IMG/VR virus record: IMGVR_UViG_3300037424_000222
Location: 1-55,598 of that record
Strand: one strand, 5' to 3'
Length of the DNA: 55,598 nucleotides
Origin: a virus
Taxonomy: Duplodnaviria > Caudoviricetes
A program made the translations under genes and the position numbers. Numbering within the stretch: position 1 is the first letter of the stretch; each line of letters opens with the position of its first letter. This document shows positions 16,561-24,934 of this stretch, piece by piece. The notes beneath the pieces were generated by a model. It did not search any database, was not told the origin of the DNA, and saw only the letters and a list, made by a program, of their open reading frames with translations.

Positions 16561-17253
16561 ATGCAAGTAAACATTATTGAAGAGGCGGGGTATAATGCTG
16601 CACTCTACGGATTCAGCCTTTCATATAAGGATCGGGCTATTCCTAGGGAGGAGTGGTGGTGTGGAGACGCAGATTGTAAGCATGAGAGTGGCGATCTTCA
16701 CTATTTTTGTGGGTCATGCGATATACAAAAAAGAGAAGATCAAATATCCAAGACTGCAACCGCCAATGCAGGTCGTGATGGTGGGCACAACAAGTTCCTA
16801 GAACATATCCAGGTGTGGTTAGATATTGAGGCATCCCTTGAGTTCTGGAAACAGATGGATACCTACAGGGTGGGTGTTAGTAAGCAGAGTGAAAGTTCCA
16901 TGCATACCCTAGATCGTAGGGATGCAGTGGTGGAAGACTTTGAGTTGACCAAAGATGAGTTAGCTCTAAACTGCATAGCTGATCCATCGGAGATGGGTGA
17001 TCATAGCGTACCCACACTGAAGCATATCCTTGGTTTATACTTAAATTATCTAAATCATATGTCTCCACGGTTGAAGTCGAAGCTGTTACCACAGGGGTAT
17101 CTTCAACGAAGGGAGTTGGTTTTAAGCTATAAGGTGCTTAGACACATCATAAACCAGCGTAAGGGACATAAGTTACCAGAGTGGTCCTACTTCATTGATA
17201 CTATCTATGCACAGGCACAGCATCCAGAGCTACTTCCACAGATAGGAGAGTGA
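16561..17253 (+). CDS. ThyX-like protein (divergent flavin-dependent thymidylate synthase fold)
   Basis: GH.KFLEH, WKQMDTYRVG..KQSESSMH, LPQG, SYK.LR...QR..HKL.EW; the canonical RHR motif is absent. Confidence 0.65.
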   Translation: MQVNIIEEAGYNAALYGFSLSYKDRAIPREEWWCGDADCKHESGDLHYFCGSCDIQKREDQISKTATANAGRDGGHNKFLEHIQVWLDIEASLEFWKQMDTYRVGVSKQSESSMHTLDRRDAVVEDFELTKDELALNCIADPSEMGDHSVPTLKHILGLYLNYLNHMSPRLKSKLLPQGYLQRRELVLSYKVLRHIINQRKGHKLPEWSYFIDTIYAQAQHPELLPQIGE

Positions 17254-17625
17254 ATGGACCACAAAACTAAGGTACTACCTAAGTACCCAAACCGTGTAAA
17301 TACCACACTAGCCAAGAAGATGGGGCTTAGTGCTGAGGAGATTGCTACTATCTCAGATTTACAGCAGCAACGTAGAGACTACTACAAGGGGATGGAGATA
17401 GCCCCGGTATCCGATTTACCCACCTGGGATAGCAAGTGTACGGAACTAGAGTTTCAACTACAGAAAGCATGGGGGTTTCAGCAGGATTCTAAGTATCATA
17501 AGTTTTGGGATCGTCCACGATGTACTTGCCCTAAGATGGACAATGATGATGGGTATCCCTATGGATACTATACAATTAGCGGTGTATGTCCACTACATGG
17601 AGGCAAATATACCTCGGCAGTCTGA
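17254..17625 (+). CDS. Conserved phage hypothetical protein
   Basis: LQKAWGF..D..YH.FW..P.CTCPKMDN...CPLHG. Confidence 0.7.
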   Translation: MDHKTKVLPKYPNRVNTTLAKKMGLSAEEIATISDLQQQRRDYYKGMEIAPVSDLPTWDSKCTELEFQLQKAWGFQQDSKYHKFWDRPRCTCPKMDNDDGYPYGYYTISGVCPLHGGKYTSAV

Positions 17626-17710
17626 TGATGTATCTGATATAATTTCTGAATGTTCATCTCAGTCATACTATATGACAAACTAGATGGAATAGACAAGGGG
17701 GTAACTAAGT

Positions 17711-17947
17711 ATGAGTACAACTATAACTAAGGATGTGTCTGATTTGATGGAGGCAGGGCTACTGTCCCTCATAAAAAATCAGCTATTTAAGAATATAGAG
17801 GATAGATTAGTTGAGGATTTCAGGGAGAATATAAAGCCGATCCTATTTGAAGAAGTAGAGAAGATTACCACTATCCATGTAAAGCATATGCGTGATATGC
17901 TGAAAATGCATGATGATTTATGCGTAGATATAAGAGTGGGGAGATAA
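17711..17947 (+). CDS. Hypothetical protein
   Basis: ORF in the operon. Confidence 0.55.
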   Translation: MSTTITKDVSDLMEAGLLSLIKNQLFKNIEDRLVEDFRENIKPILFEEVEKITTIHVKHMRDMLKMHDDLCVDIRVGR

Positions 17948-17958
17948 ATAATAATAAT

Positions 17959-18381
17959 ATGGCAGTATTCATAGACATGGTAATAGAGAAAGGAGGAACC
18001 CCACCCACAACCTCTGATGGTAATGCTGGTATTGATCTATACGCCAGTGAGGGTGGGTGTATCCCAGCTTGTAGAAGCAAGCGGATAAACACTGGTCTAC
18101 ATATGGCAATACCCACGGGCTATAAGGGCGTTGTGTATGGGCGAAGTGGTCTCGCATTCAGTGAGGATATTGTACCACACCTTGGGGTAATCGATAGTTC
18201 CTATCGCGGAGAGATTAAGGTACTACTGTATAACATGGGGGATGAGGATTACCGCTATAAGAAGGGTGACCGTATGGCACAACTATGTATTGAGCCATGC
18301 CCCTATGTCCAACTTAGGGTGGTAGATGAGCTTACAGAAACTAATAGGGGTTCAAGTGGTTTTGGTTCCTCAGGAGTTTAA
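17959..18381 (+). CDS. dut: Trimeric dUTPase
   Basis: AGIDL, GRSGLA, GVIDSSYRGEI, GDRMAQ, RG..GFGSSG. Confidence 0.95.
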   Translation: MAVFIDMVIEKGGTPPTTSDGNAGIDLYASEGGCIPACRSKRINTGLHMAIPTGYKGVVYGRSGLAFSEDIVPHLGVIDSSYRGEIKVLLYNMGDEDYRYKKGDRMAQLCIEPCPYVQLRVVDELTETNRGSSGFGSSGV

Positions 18382-18383
18382 CT

Positions 18384-18641
18384 ATGCTATATGATTATGA
18401 GTGTACAAAGTGTGGGTACAAGAGAGAGGTATCCCTATCTATAGCAAACCGTGATTCCTTAGTAGGTACACAGTGTATCTTCTGTGGTGATGGTGCTATG
18501 GTACGAGTACCTACCTCTGTTCCTTTTATCCTAGGGAACAAGGGTAATTGTGGGTGGGCAAGTAATGGATATGCTGATAATACTGTTGGCAATACCAGGG
18601 AATTTAAGGAGAGCGGAATCTATACCAAGGGAGAAGATTAA
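18384..18641 (+). CDS. FmdB-like zinc-ribbon protein
   Basis: M.YDYECTKCG ... CIFCG ... G.GW. Confidence 0.75.
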   Translation: MLYDYECTKCGYKREVSLSIANRDSLVGTQCIFCGDGAMVRVPTSVPFILGNKGNCGWASNGYADNTVGNTREFKESGIYTKGED

Positions 18642-19054
18642 TGGATCATATCAAATATGGACCTAATGCAGCATTTAAACCATTCTGGGCTTGTGGAGAA
18701 CTTGGCGATGATGTGCTTGATGGGGATGGGGATTGGAATGTAGGGAACCTCATACCCCCAAAAGTAGAGCCTGATAACTACAAGGAACTTAAGATGATTC
18801 TGGATCGTGCATACCTACAGGCAAGTGTTGGGAAGGGGAAGGATAGACATGCCAATGGGTTACCATTCCACCAACAGCCTATCCTAGTAGAGACTAGATC
18901 GGTAGGGATTGGGTTCCCAGCGGGTCAAGCCAGAAAGAAGGTGCAGGAAGCGACTAATTGTTATAAGGATCACCCCGAGCGGGCTATTGCAGACCTCCTT
19001 GGTGCAATTAACTATATTGCTGCTGAGATTATCTTCATTGAGGAAGGTATGTAG
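18641..19054 (+). CDS. Conserved phage hypothetical protein
   Basis: QAS.GKGK.RHA...PF..QP ... GQA.KK..E ... LLGAINY. Confidence 0.7.
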   Translation: MDHIKYGPNAAFKPFWACGELGDDVLDGDGDWNVGNLIPPKVEPDNYKELKMILDRAYLQASVGKGKDRHANGLPFHQQPILVETRSVGIGFPAGQARKKVQEATNCYKDHPERAIADLLGAINYIAAEIIFIEEGM

Positions 19055-19130
19055 TATGGAGTGTAATGGCGGGTATTGTGAGATGTGCAGTAATGATATC
19101 TACATGAAATGCTATGGAAGGAGGGAAGGT

Positions 19131-19619
19131 ATGGTAGAGGTAATACCTAGATTATTCGTCGGTTCCTATGATAATTACATCAGGGAACGTAAGTCATTTG
19201 ATTATATTGTTTCAGCATGCAAGGAACCTTGCCACCGATCAGCACTTGGGTATACAACCAATGCTGCCCCAAAGGATAAGGACTACTACTTTGTAGAGAA
19301 AGGTAACCAACTGATCCTAAATCTAGTTGATGCATACAGCGTGGACTACATCCCACCCACCATAATCAACAAGGCACTCACAACGCTTCGTAAGAGGCAT
19401 ATGGAGGATGGTGGTAGGGTACTGGTACATTGCAACCAAGGACACAGTAGAGCACCCTCTATAGCCCTCATGTACATTCTCCTTAATATGGATATCCTTG
19501 GTAAGGATTATGACAAGGCAGTAGAAAGATTTAAGGAGTTGTACCCTAGGTACCACCCAAATAATGGTATGAGGGATTATGTGTCTCTCTTTATAAAAGA
19601 TAAGAAGAGGAAGAAATAA
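19131..19619 (+). CDS. Dual-specificity/tyrosine phosphatase family protein
   Basis: EVIPRLFVG and VLVHCNQGHSRA (HCx5R); GGAGG RBS; alternative start at 19056. Confidence 0.85.
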   Translation: MVEVIPRLFVGSYDNYIRERKSFDYIVSACKEPCHRSALGYTTNAAPKDKDYYFVEKGNQLILNLVDAYSVDYIPPTIINKALTTLRKRHMEDGGRVLVHCNQGHSRAPSIALMYILLNMDILGKDYDKAVERFKELYPRYHPNNGMRDYVSLFIKDKKRKK

Positions 19620-19620
19620 C

Positions 19621-20211
19621 TTGAACGATCTAGAGCCACAACACGGCGGTAAAAGTATGGTTGGTGAGGTACTTGGCATCTATACTGTGCTGGACAAAGC
19701 TAAGGAGTATAGGGATAAGTACGGTAGGCTCAAGAATATGTACTGGTTAGTTAGGTGCAAATGTGGTAATATACTGTGGGTATATCGCAATCGCGTACTG
19801 GAACAGAGGGGGTTATTCTGTAAGATATGCTATGGGGTAGGAAACAGAGGAGACAAGAGCATACATTGGCGAGGCAGTGGTGCGGTTCCTTATTCTGTCC
19901 TGAGTAAGATTAAGTCAACCTTAAAGCGTGGGCGGATTATACCATGCGACCTATCCATAGAAGACCTAGCGGATGTGTGGGAGAAACAGGGTGGTAGGTG
20001 TGCTCTGACTGGTAGATACCTACTGTTTCCAGATGTGCAGTATAGGGACACTAAATCAGGTACTGCATCTGTGGATAGAATAGACTCTATCCTGGGGTAT
20101 ACCAAGGATAATATACAGTTTGTGCATAAGGATATTAATAATATGAAACAGGGACATAGCCAAGCCTACTTCATAGAACTATGTAAGGAGGTGACACTTT
20201 GGAAGAAGTAG
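19621..20211 (+). CDS. Free-standing HNH-type homing endonuclease
   Basis: W..RCKCG; Q.GRCALTG; SVDRIDS..GYTKDNIQ.V...IN.MK. Confidence 0.8.
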   Translation: MNDLEPQHGGKSMVGEVLGIYTVLDKAKEYRDKYGRLKNMYWLVRCKCGNILWVYRNRVLEQRGLFCKICYGVGNRGDKSIHWRGSGAVPYSVLSKIKSTLKRGRIIPCDLSIEDLADVWEKQGGRCALTGRYLLFPDVQYRDTKSGTASVDRIDSILGYTKDNIQFVHKDINNMKQGHSQAYFIELCKEVTLWKK

Positions 20212-20219
20212 GGTACAAG

Positions 20220-21971
20220 ATGAATGAGCTTCAAAAATATATTTTTCTTAGCAAGTATGCCCGTTGGCGAGAAGAGGATAAACGCCGAGAGACCTGGGAA
20301 GAGACAGTAGATCGGTATATCACCTTCATATCTAATCGAGTACCAACTGAGCATCATGGCCAATTAATTTTAATTAGGGAGGAGATGATGAAGCTAGGGG
20401 TTGTCCCTAGTATGCGTGCTCTTATGACAGCAGGGGAGGCTGGTACCCGCGATCAAGCTTCACTTTACAACTGTTCCTACGTAGCTGTTGATAACCCCCG
20501 AGTATTTGATGAGATATTCTACTTGCTTATGTGTGGGTCAGGCGTCGGCTTCTCAGTGGAGCGGCAGTTTGTAACTGGTAGTGCAAAGATGATTGAGGTT
20601 GCTGATAACTTCTTTGAGAGTGACACAACGATTGTAGTAGCAGATAGCAAGATTGGTTGGGCATCTGCTCTACGGGAACTTATCTCCCTCCTATACATCG
20701 GTAAGGTACCTAAGTGGGACTTGAGTAAGATCAGGCCAGCGGGGGCTAGGTTGAAGGTGTTTGGTGGTCGTGCCTCTGGACCAGCACCACTAGATGCGCT
20801 CTTTAAGTATGTAGTTACCTTATTCCGGTCAGCCTCAGGCAGGAAGTTGAATAGTATCGAATGCCATGATTTGATTTGTAAGATTGCAAATACGGTTATC
20901 GTTGGTTCTGTTCGTAGATCAGCGTGTATATCTTTCAGCAATCTGACAGACCAACGAATGGCTAAGAGTAAGGCTGGTAGTTGGTGGATTGAGAATCCCG
21001 AGAGAGCACTGGCTAACAACAGTGTTATGTTCACAGAGAAACCAGACTTGGCCTCCTTCACTAAAGAGATGCACAATCTATATGAGAGTAAGTGTGGGGA
21101 GCGTGGGATTGTAAACCAGAAGGCATTGAAGTTAAAGGCTGTTGAGTGTGGGAGAGACCCTGAGATACACTATGGTCTTAACCCTTGCTTGATAGGCTCT
21201 TCTGTAATACACACCGTTGGCGGTCCTATGATGTTGAAGGATATAGTTAAACCCACCAACGTATACTCAATGGGCCATGATGGTAGCCTTTGTATTAGAA
21301 AGTCCACTGCTTCTTGGGTTTCAAAGAGAGACACTGAGACAGTGGTAATCACATATAACAATGGTAAGTCTATCACTGTTACTCCTGACCACAAAATCTA
21401 TGTACTTGGTGCAACTAAGGGTAAGACAAGGGGAATCCACTCTTGGGTAGAAGCTAAGGATTTGAAGGTTGGTGATAGGCTTAATGCACTCTCAAGAACT
21501 CGTAGGGGTGCTGGGTATGTGGGGATTAAGTTGTCTACGGATACTGACTATCGTATGGAACATAGGCTGGTGTATGAGGGCATGAATGGCCCCATCCCAC
21601 ATGGCCACGATATTCACCACATGGATGATGATGGTTACCACAACTCTATAGGGAACCTGGAGTTAATCTCACACAGCAAACACTCCTCACTTACTCGGTA
21701 TACCCGAAGCAATGACCACATGGTCTGGGATTCAGTAACTGGTAAGTTTCTTAACCAGGGGGGTACTAAGAAAAAGGTTATCATTCCCTTCCCCTTGGAG
21801 TGGAAGCTAGGTATCAAGGGTGGTAGTCTTTGTGTAGCATCTGTAACACCTGGGCCTGTAGTTGATGTGTATGATATGTCAGTTGAGGATACTCACAATT
21901 TTGTAGCTGATGGTATTATTGTGCATAACTGTGCAGAGGCTATCCTTCGCAGTAGTGGCTTGTGCAACCTT
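20220..21971 (+). CDS. nrdJ: Class II (B12-dependent) ribonucleotide reductase, exon 1 (contains the intein)
   Basis: SKYARW..RRETW.E, PSMR, YNC, G.GVGFS, FGG.ASGP.PL, VRRSA, ANNS, NP[intein]CAE...CNL. Confidence 0.92.
21186..21929 (+). mobile_element. Intein (248 aa) with HNH endonuclease at the RNR NP/CxE catalytic cysteine
   Basis: N-terminal CLIGSS, block B TPDH, VYDMSV..THNF, C-terminal VHN/C; internal HRLVY...IHH.D....N...NL. Confidence 0.92.
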
Positions 21972-22744
21972 TAATACACCGGAGGTTGTAAAACTAGGAG
22001 AATTGCTGGAACACCCTAACGGATAAGACGAGGGCAATCAGCAGCCGAGCCTGTAGTAAATACAGGAAGGTTCAACGACCAGAGAGAAATCTCGTACACC
22101 CAAGTGGGTGGAAGCACCTAGCTCCGTAGTAAACGGATGATGATATGGTCTAAGCTGCATAGAAATATGCAGATGGGTATTGACAAACCTGTATTTGTAT
22201 GTTATACTATATGTAACAATGGTAAGTTACATGGAACTTAACTACTAATCACTGGAGATGTCAATGAGGAAGAATTTATCTGGTTATCTTGAGTCTGATA
22301 CACACAGAGAGTGTACAAAGTGTGGGGTTATCTTTGAAAAGACCAGCAAGATGACGCTATGTAAGCAATGTAACAGCACAAGGGTTAAGAGTATGAGGCC
22401 GGAGTGGAGGATGCACCAACGAGCAAGGTCTCGGTGCAGAAAGTCTGGTATGGAGTTTGGTATTACCGTAAGTGACTTGGTTATACCAGATGTGTGTCCA
22501 GCCCTAGGGATTCATATGAATATGAACTCAGGTAGACCAGGGGCATACGATAACTCCCCGTCTCTTGACAGGATGGATAGCACGCGTGGATATACCAAGG
22601 ATAATATCCATGTTATATCCCAGGCAGCCAACAGAATGAAAGGCAATGCTACCAGGGAACAGTTGCTGTTATTTGCTAAGTGGATAAATGACACATTCCA
22701 AGAAGTCCCTGCTGTGGTGCAACGAGCCACAGTGAATACAACTG
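21972..22744 (+). mobile_element. Group I self-splicing intron in nrdJ
   Basis: P1 TGCAACCTT/GAGGTTGTA with a U.G pair at 21971; P GAATTGCTGGAA; Q AATCAGCAG; R GTTCAACGACCAGA; S GATATGGTCT; terminal G at 22744. Splicing restores CNL-SESIIRP in frame. Confidence 0.92.
22180..22208 (+). promoter_or_regulatory. Intron-internal promoter for the homing endonuclease
   Basis: TTGACA-N17-TATACT with an extended TG. Confidence 0.7.
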
Positions 22745-22749
22745 AGTGA
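22258..22749 (+). CDS. Intron-encoded HNH-type homing endonuclease
   Basis: CTKC..CKQC; IPDVCPALG; SPSLDR.D...GYTKDN...IS..AN.MK. Confidence 0.85.
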   Translation: MSMRKNLSGYLESDTHRECTKCGVIFEKTSKMTLCKQCNSTRVKSMRPEWRMHQRARSRCRKSGMEFGITVSDLVIPDVCPALGIHMNMNSGRPGAYDNSPSLDRMDSTRGYTKDNIHVISQAANRMKGNATREQLLLFAKWINDTFQEVPAVVQRATVNTTE

Positions 22750-23662
22750 ATCTATTATACGCCCTACAGACACCTTGGAGGATATTAAACGAAAGGTTAC
22801 CTTTGCTACTATCCTTGGTACAATCCAATCCACTTATACTGACTTTAGATACCTCCGTAAGATATGGAAGGACAACGCAGAGGAGGAGAGGTTACTAGGT
22901 GTCTCACTGACTGGCATATGTGATCATCCTATTATGAGCGGTAAGGAGGTTGATTGTGCTGGTGAGATGTATAATTTCTGTGGGTATGAGGGTGCCTCTT
23001 TAAAGGGCATCCTTATAGAGTTGAGGAACACAGCAAAGGATACTAACAGAGAGTGGGCAGCTATCCTGGGTATTAATGAGAGTAAGCAGATTGGCTTAGT
23101 TAAGCCCTCTGGTACTGTCTCCCAGTTAGCAGATTGCTCCTCTGGGATACACCCACGGTATAGTAAGTATTACATCCGAAGGGTTACACAGGATAATAAA
23201 GACCCACTTACACAGCTTATGATTGATCAAGGTATCCCCTATGTACTCACTGGGGATAAAACAATCTTCTCTTTCTACTGTAAGGCTCCAGATACCACTG
23301 TTATGCAGAAGGATATGGATGCTATTCAACAGCTAGAACTTTGGAGTACATATCAGAAACATTGGTGTGATGGTAACCCCTCACAATCAATCTACTATCA
23401 GGATGATAACTTTCTTGACGTATGCTCATGGGTATGGAAGAATTGGGACTCTGTTGGTGGTCTCTCCTTCTTTCCATATAATGATCACTGTTATGATAAT
23501 GCACCTTATGAGGCACTCACACCTGAGGAGTATGCTAATAAGGTATTTAACTTCCCTGTCTCAGTTGAGTGGGGTAAGTTAGGAGGGTATGAAACTGAGG
23601 ACTGTACTGTATCATCTCAAACTATGGCTTGCTCTGGTTCTGGGGGGTGTGATATTCTTTAA
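22745..23662 (+). CDS. nrdJ: Class II ribonucleotide reductase, exon 2
   Basis: EERLLGVSLTG, VKPSGTVSQL..SSGIH, YIRR, APYE, C-terminal ACSGSGGC. Confidence 0.92.
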   Translation, partial: SESIIRPTDTLEDIKRKVTFATILGTIQSTYTDFRYLRKIWKDNAEEERLLGVSLTGICDHPIMSGKEVDCAGEMYNFCGYEGASLKGILIELRNTAKDTNREWAAILGINESKQIGLVKPSGTVSQLADCSSGIHPRYSKYYIRRVTQDNKDPLTQLMIDQGIPYVLTGDKTIFSFYCKAPDTTVMQKDMDAIQQLELWSTYQKHWCDGNPSQSIYYQDDNFLDVCSWVWKNWDSVGGLSFFPYNDHCYDNAPYEALTPEEYANKVFNFPVSVEWGKLGGYETEDCTVSSQTMACSGSGGCDIL

Positions 23663-23714
23663 CCCCACCCCACTAGCTCCAGCACTTTACACTAAAATGG
23701 AGGAACAAACGGAT

Positions 23715-24179
23715 ATGTCAATTGATAAAGATCAGCTACGAAAGCTCATTACTGGGGTACTCAAGGATATCAACCACGTTATCCCCTACAGTGACAGTGC
23801 AGTTGAGTTACTCATGCTTACGGCAGCTACAGAGAGTAATCTTGGTACATATATTATGCAGGTAGGTGGACCAGCTAGGGGTATCTTCCAGATGGAGCCA
23901 GCTACTGAGAAAGACATTATTGAGAACTATGCTAAGTATAAGCCTGAGTACATGGCTATCATCAATAAATATAAGAGTGTGGATACTGAGTACAATCTAA
24001 CCGGTAACATTCCATACCAGATTATTATGTCTAGGTTGCTCTATCGTAGATCAAAGAGGGCACTCCCGGATACCCCCAACCCTGCACTTCTTGCACAGCT
24101 ATGGAAGGATGTGTATAATACTAGATTGGGGAAGGGTGTGGTTGCGGTGGCAATTGAAAAGTATGGGAGGTACTGCTAA
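23715..24179 (+). CDS. Lysozyme-like endolysin or lytic transglycosylase
   Basis: LL..TAATES, GPARGIFQMEPAT, WK..YNT..GKG. Confidence 0.7.
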   Translation: MSIDKDQLRKLITGVLKDINHVIPYSDSAVELLMLTAATESNLGTYIMQVGGPARGIFQMEPATEKDIIENYAKYKPEYMAIINKYKSVDTEYNLTGNIPYQIIMSRLLYRRSKRALPDTPNPALLAQLWKDVYNTRLGKGVVAVAIEKYGRYC

Positions 24180-24225
24180 CTCTTATTAACCCAAGACAAA
24201 TATACTCAACTAAAGGAGGCACACC

Positions 24226-24498
24226 ATGCCTAAGGTATGGAACAAGAGAGACCCCGAAACACCGCATGACGCTGTTTATATTGGAAGGGGTTCCATATAC
24301 GGCAACCCCTTCCAGATTACCGGGTATAGGAACAGAGATAATGTCTGCGATTTATATGAAGAAATGGTTGAAGGAAACCCTAAGTTGAAAGCTGACTTTA
24401 TCCGAGACCTCTGTGGGAAGCACCTTGTCTGCTTCTGTGCTCCACTAAGGTGCCATGGGGACTACCTACTGCGGATTGCCAACCCACTAAAGATATAG
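24226..24498 (+). CDS. DUF4326-like protein
   Basis: VYIGRGS.YGNPF ... L.GK.LVCFCAP..CHGD.L. Confidence 0.85.
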   Translation: MPKVWNKRDPETPHDAVYIGRGSIYGNPFQITGYRNRDNVCDLYEEMVEGNPKLKADFIRDLCGKHLVCFCAPLRCHGDYLLRIANPLKI

Positions 24499-24809
24499 GA
24501 GGTATTGCTAATGCGGAAAGAGATCATGGAGATTACCCTAGATACCTTCATAGGGGTTTCAATTGGGGCTATCCTAGGTATTGGGATATTCATGCTGCTT
24601 AGTAGGGGGTTCCTTCAATGACAGACTCCAATGTGTGCATCCTAGTATTCAGTGTGGCAGTTGTTATTATAATCTTTGCAATTAAGAGGGTAATGAATAT
24701 ATGAATGATAAACGAAAAGTTGGTGAGTGTTACTATGATTACCGTGCCCGATTGATCATGCTTGCTAAGGAGTTGAAGAAGTACCTTAAGGGCACACCTA
24801 AGAGGTAAT

Positions 24810-24870
24810 AAAAGAAAGGCACCTACCCTATGGTAACCTCACGGAAACCTCAGGGTGGTGCCTTTCTTTT
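24810..24870. terminator. Bidirectional intrinsic terminator between the convergent arms
   Basis: AAAAGAAAGGCACC ... GGTGCCTTTCTTTT inverted repeat with A and T tracts. Confidence 0.75.
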
Positions 24871-24934
24871 CGTTTTATGGGCTATCTAATCAGCAACCCT
24901 TCCCACCCTTACCTTTCCCTTTCCTCTTCATCCC

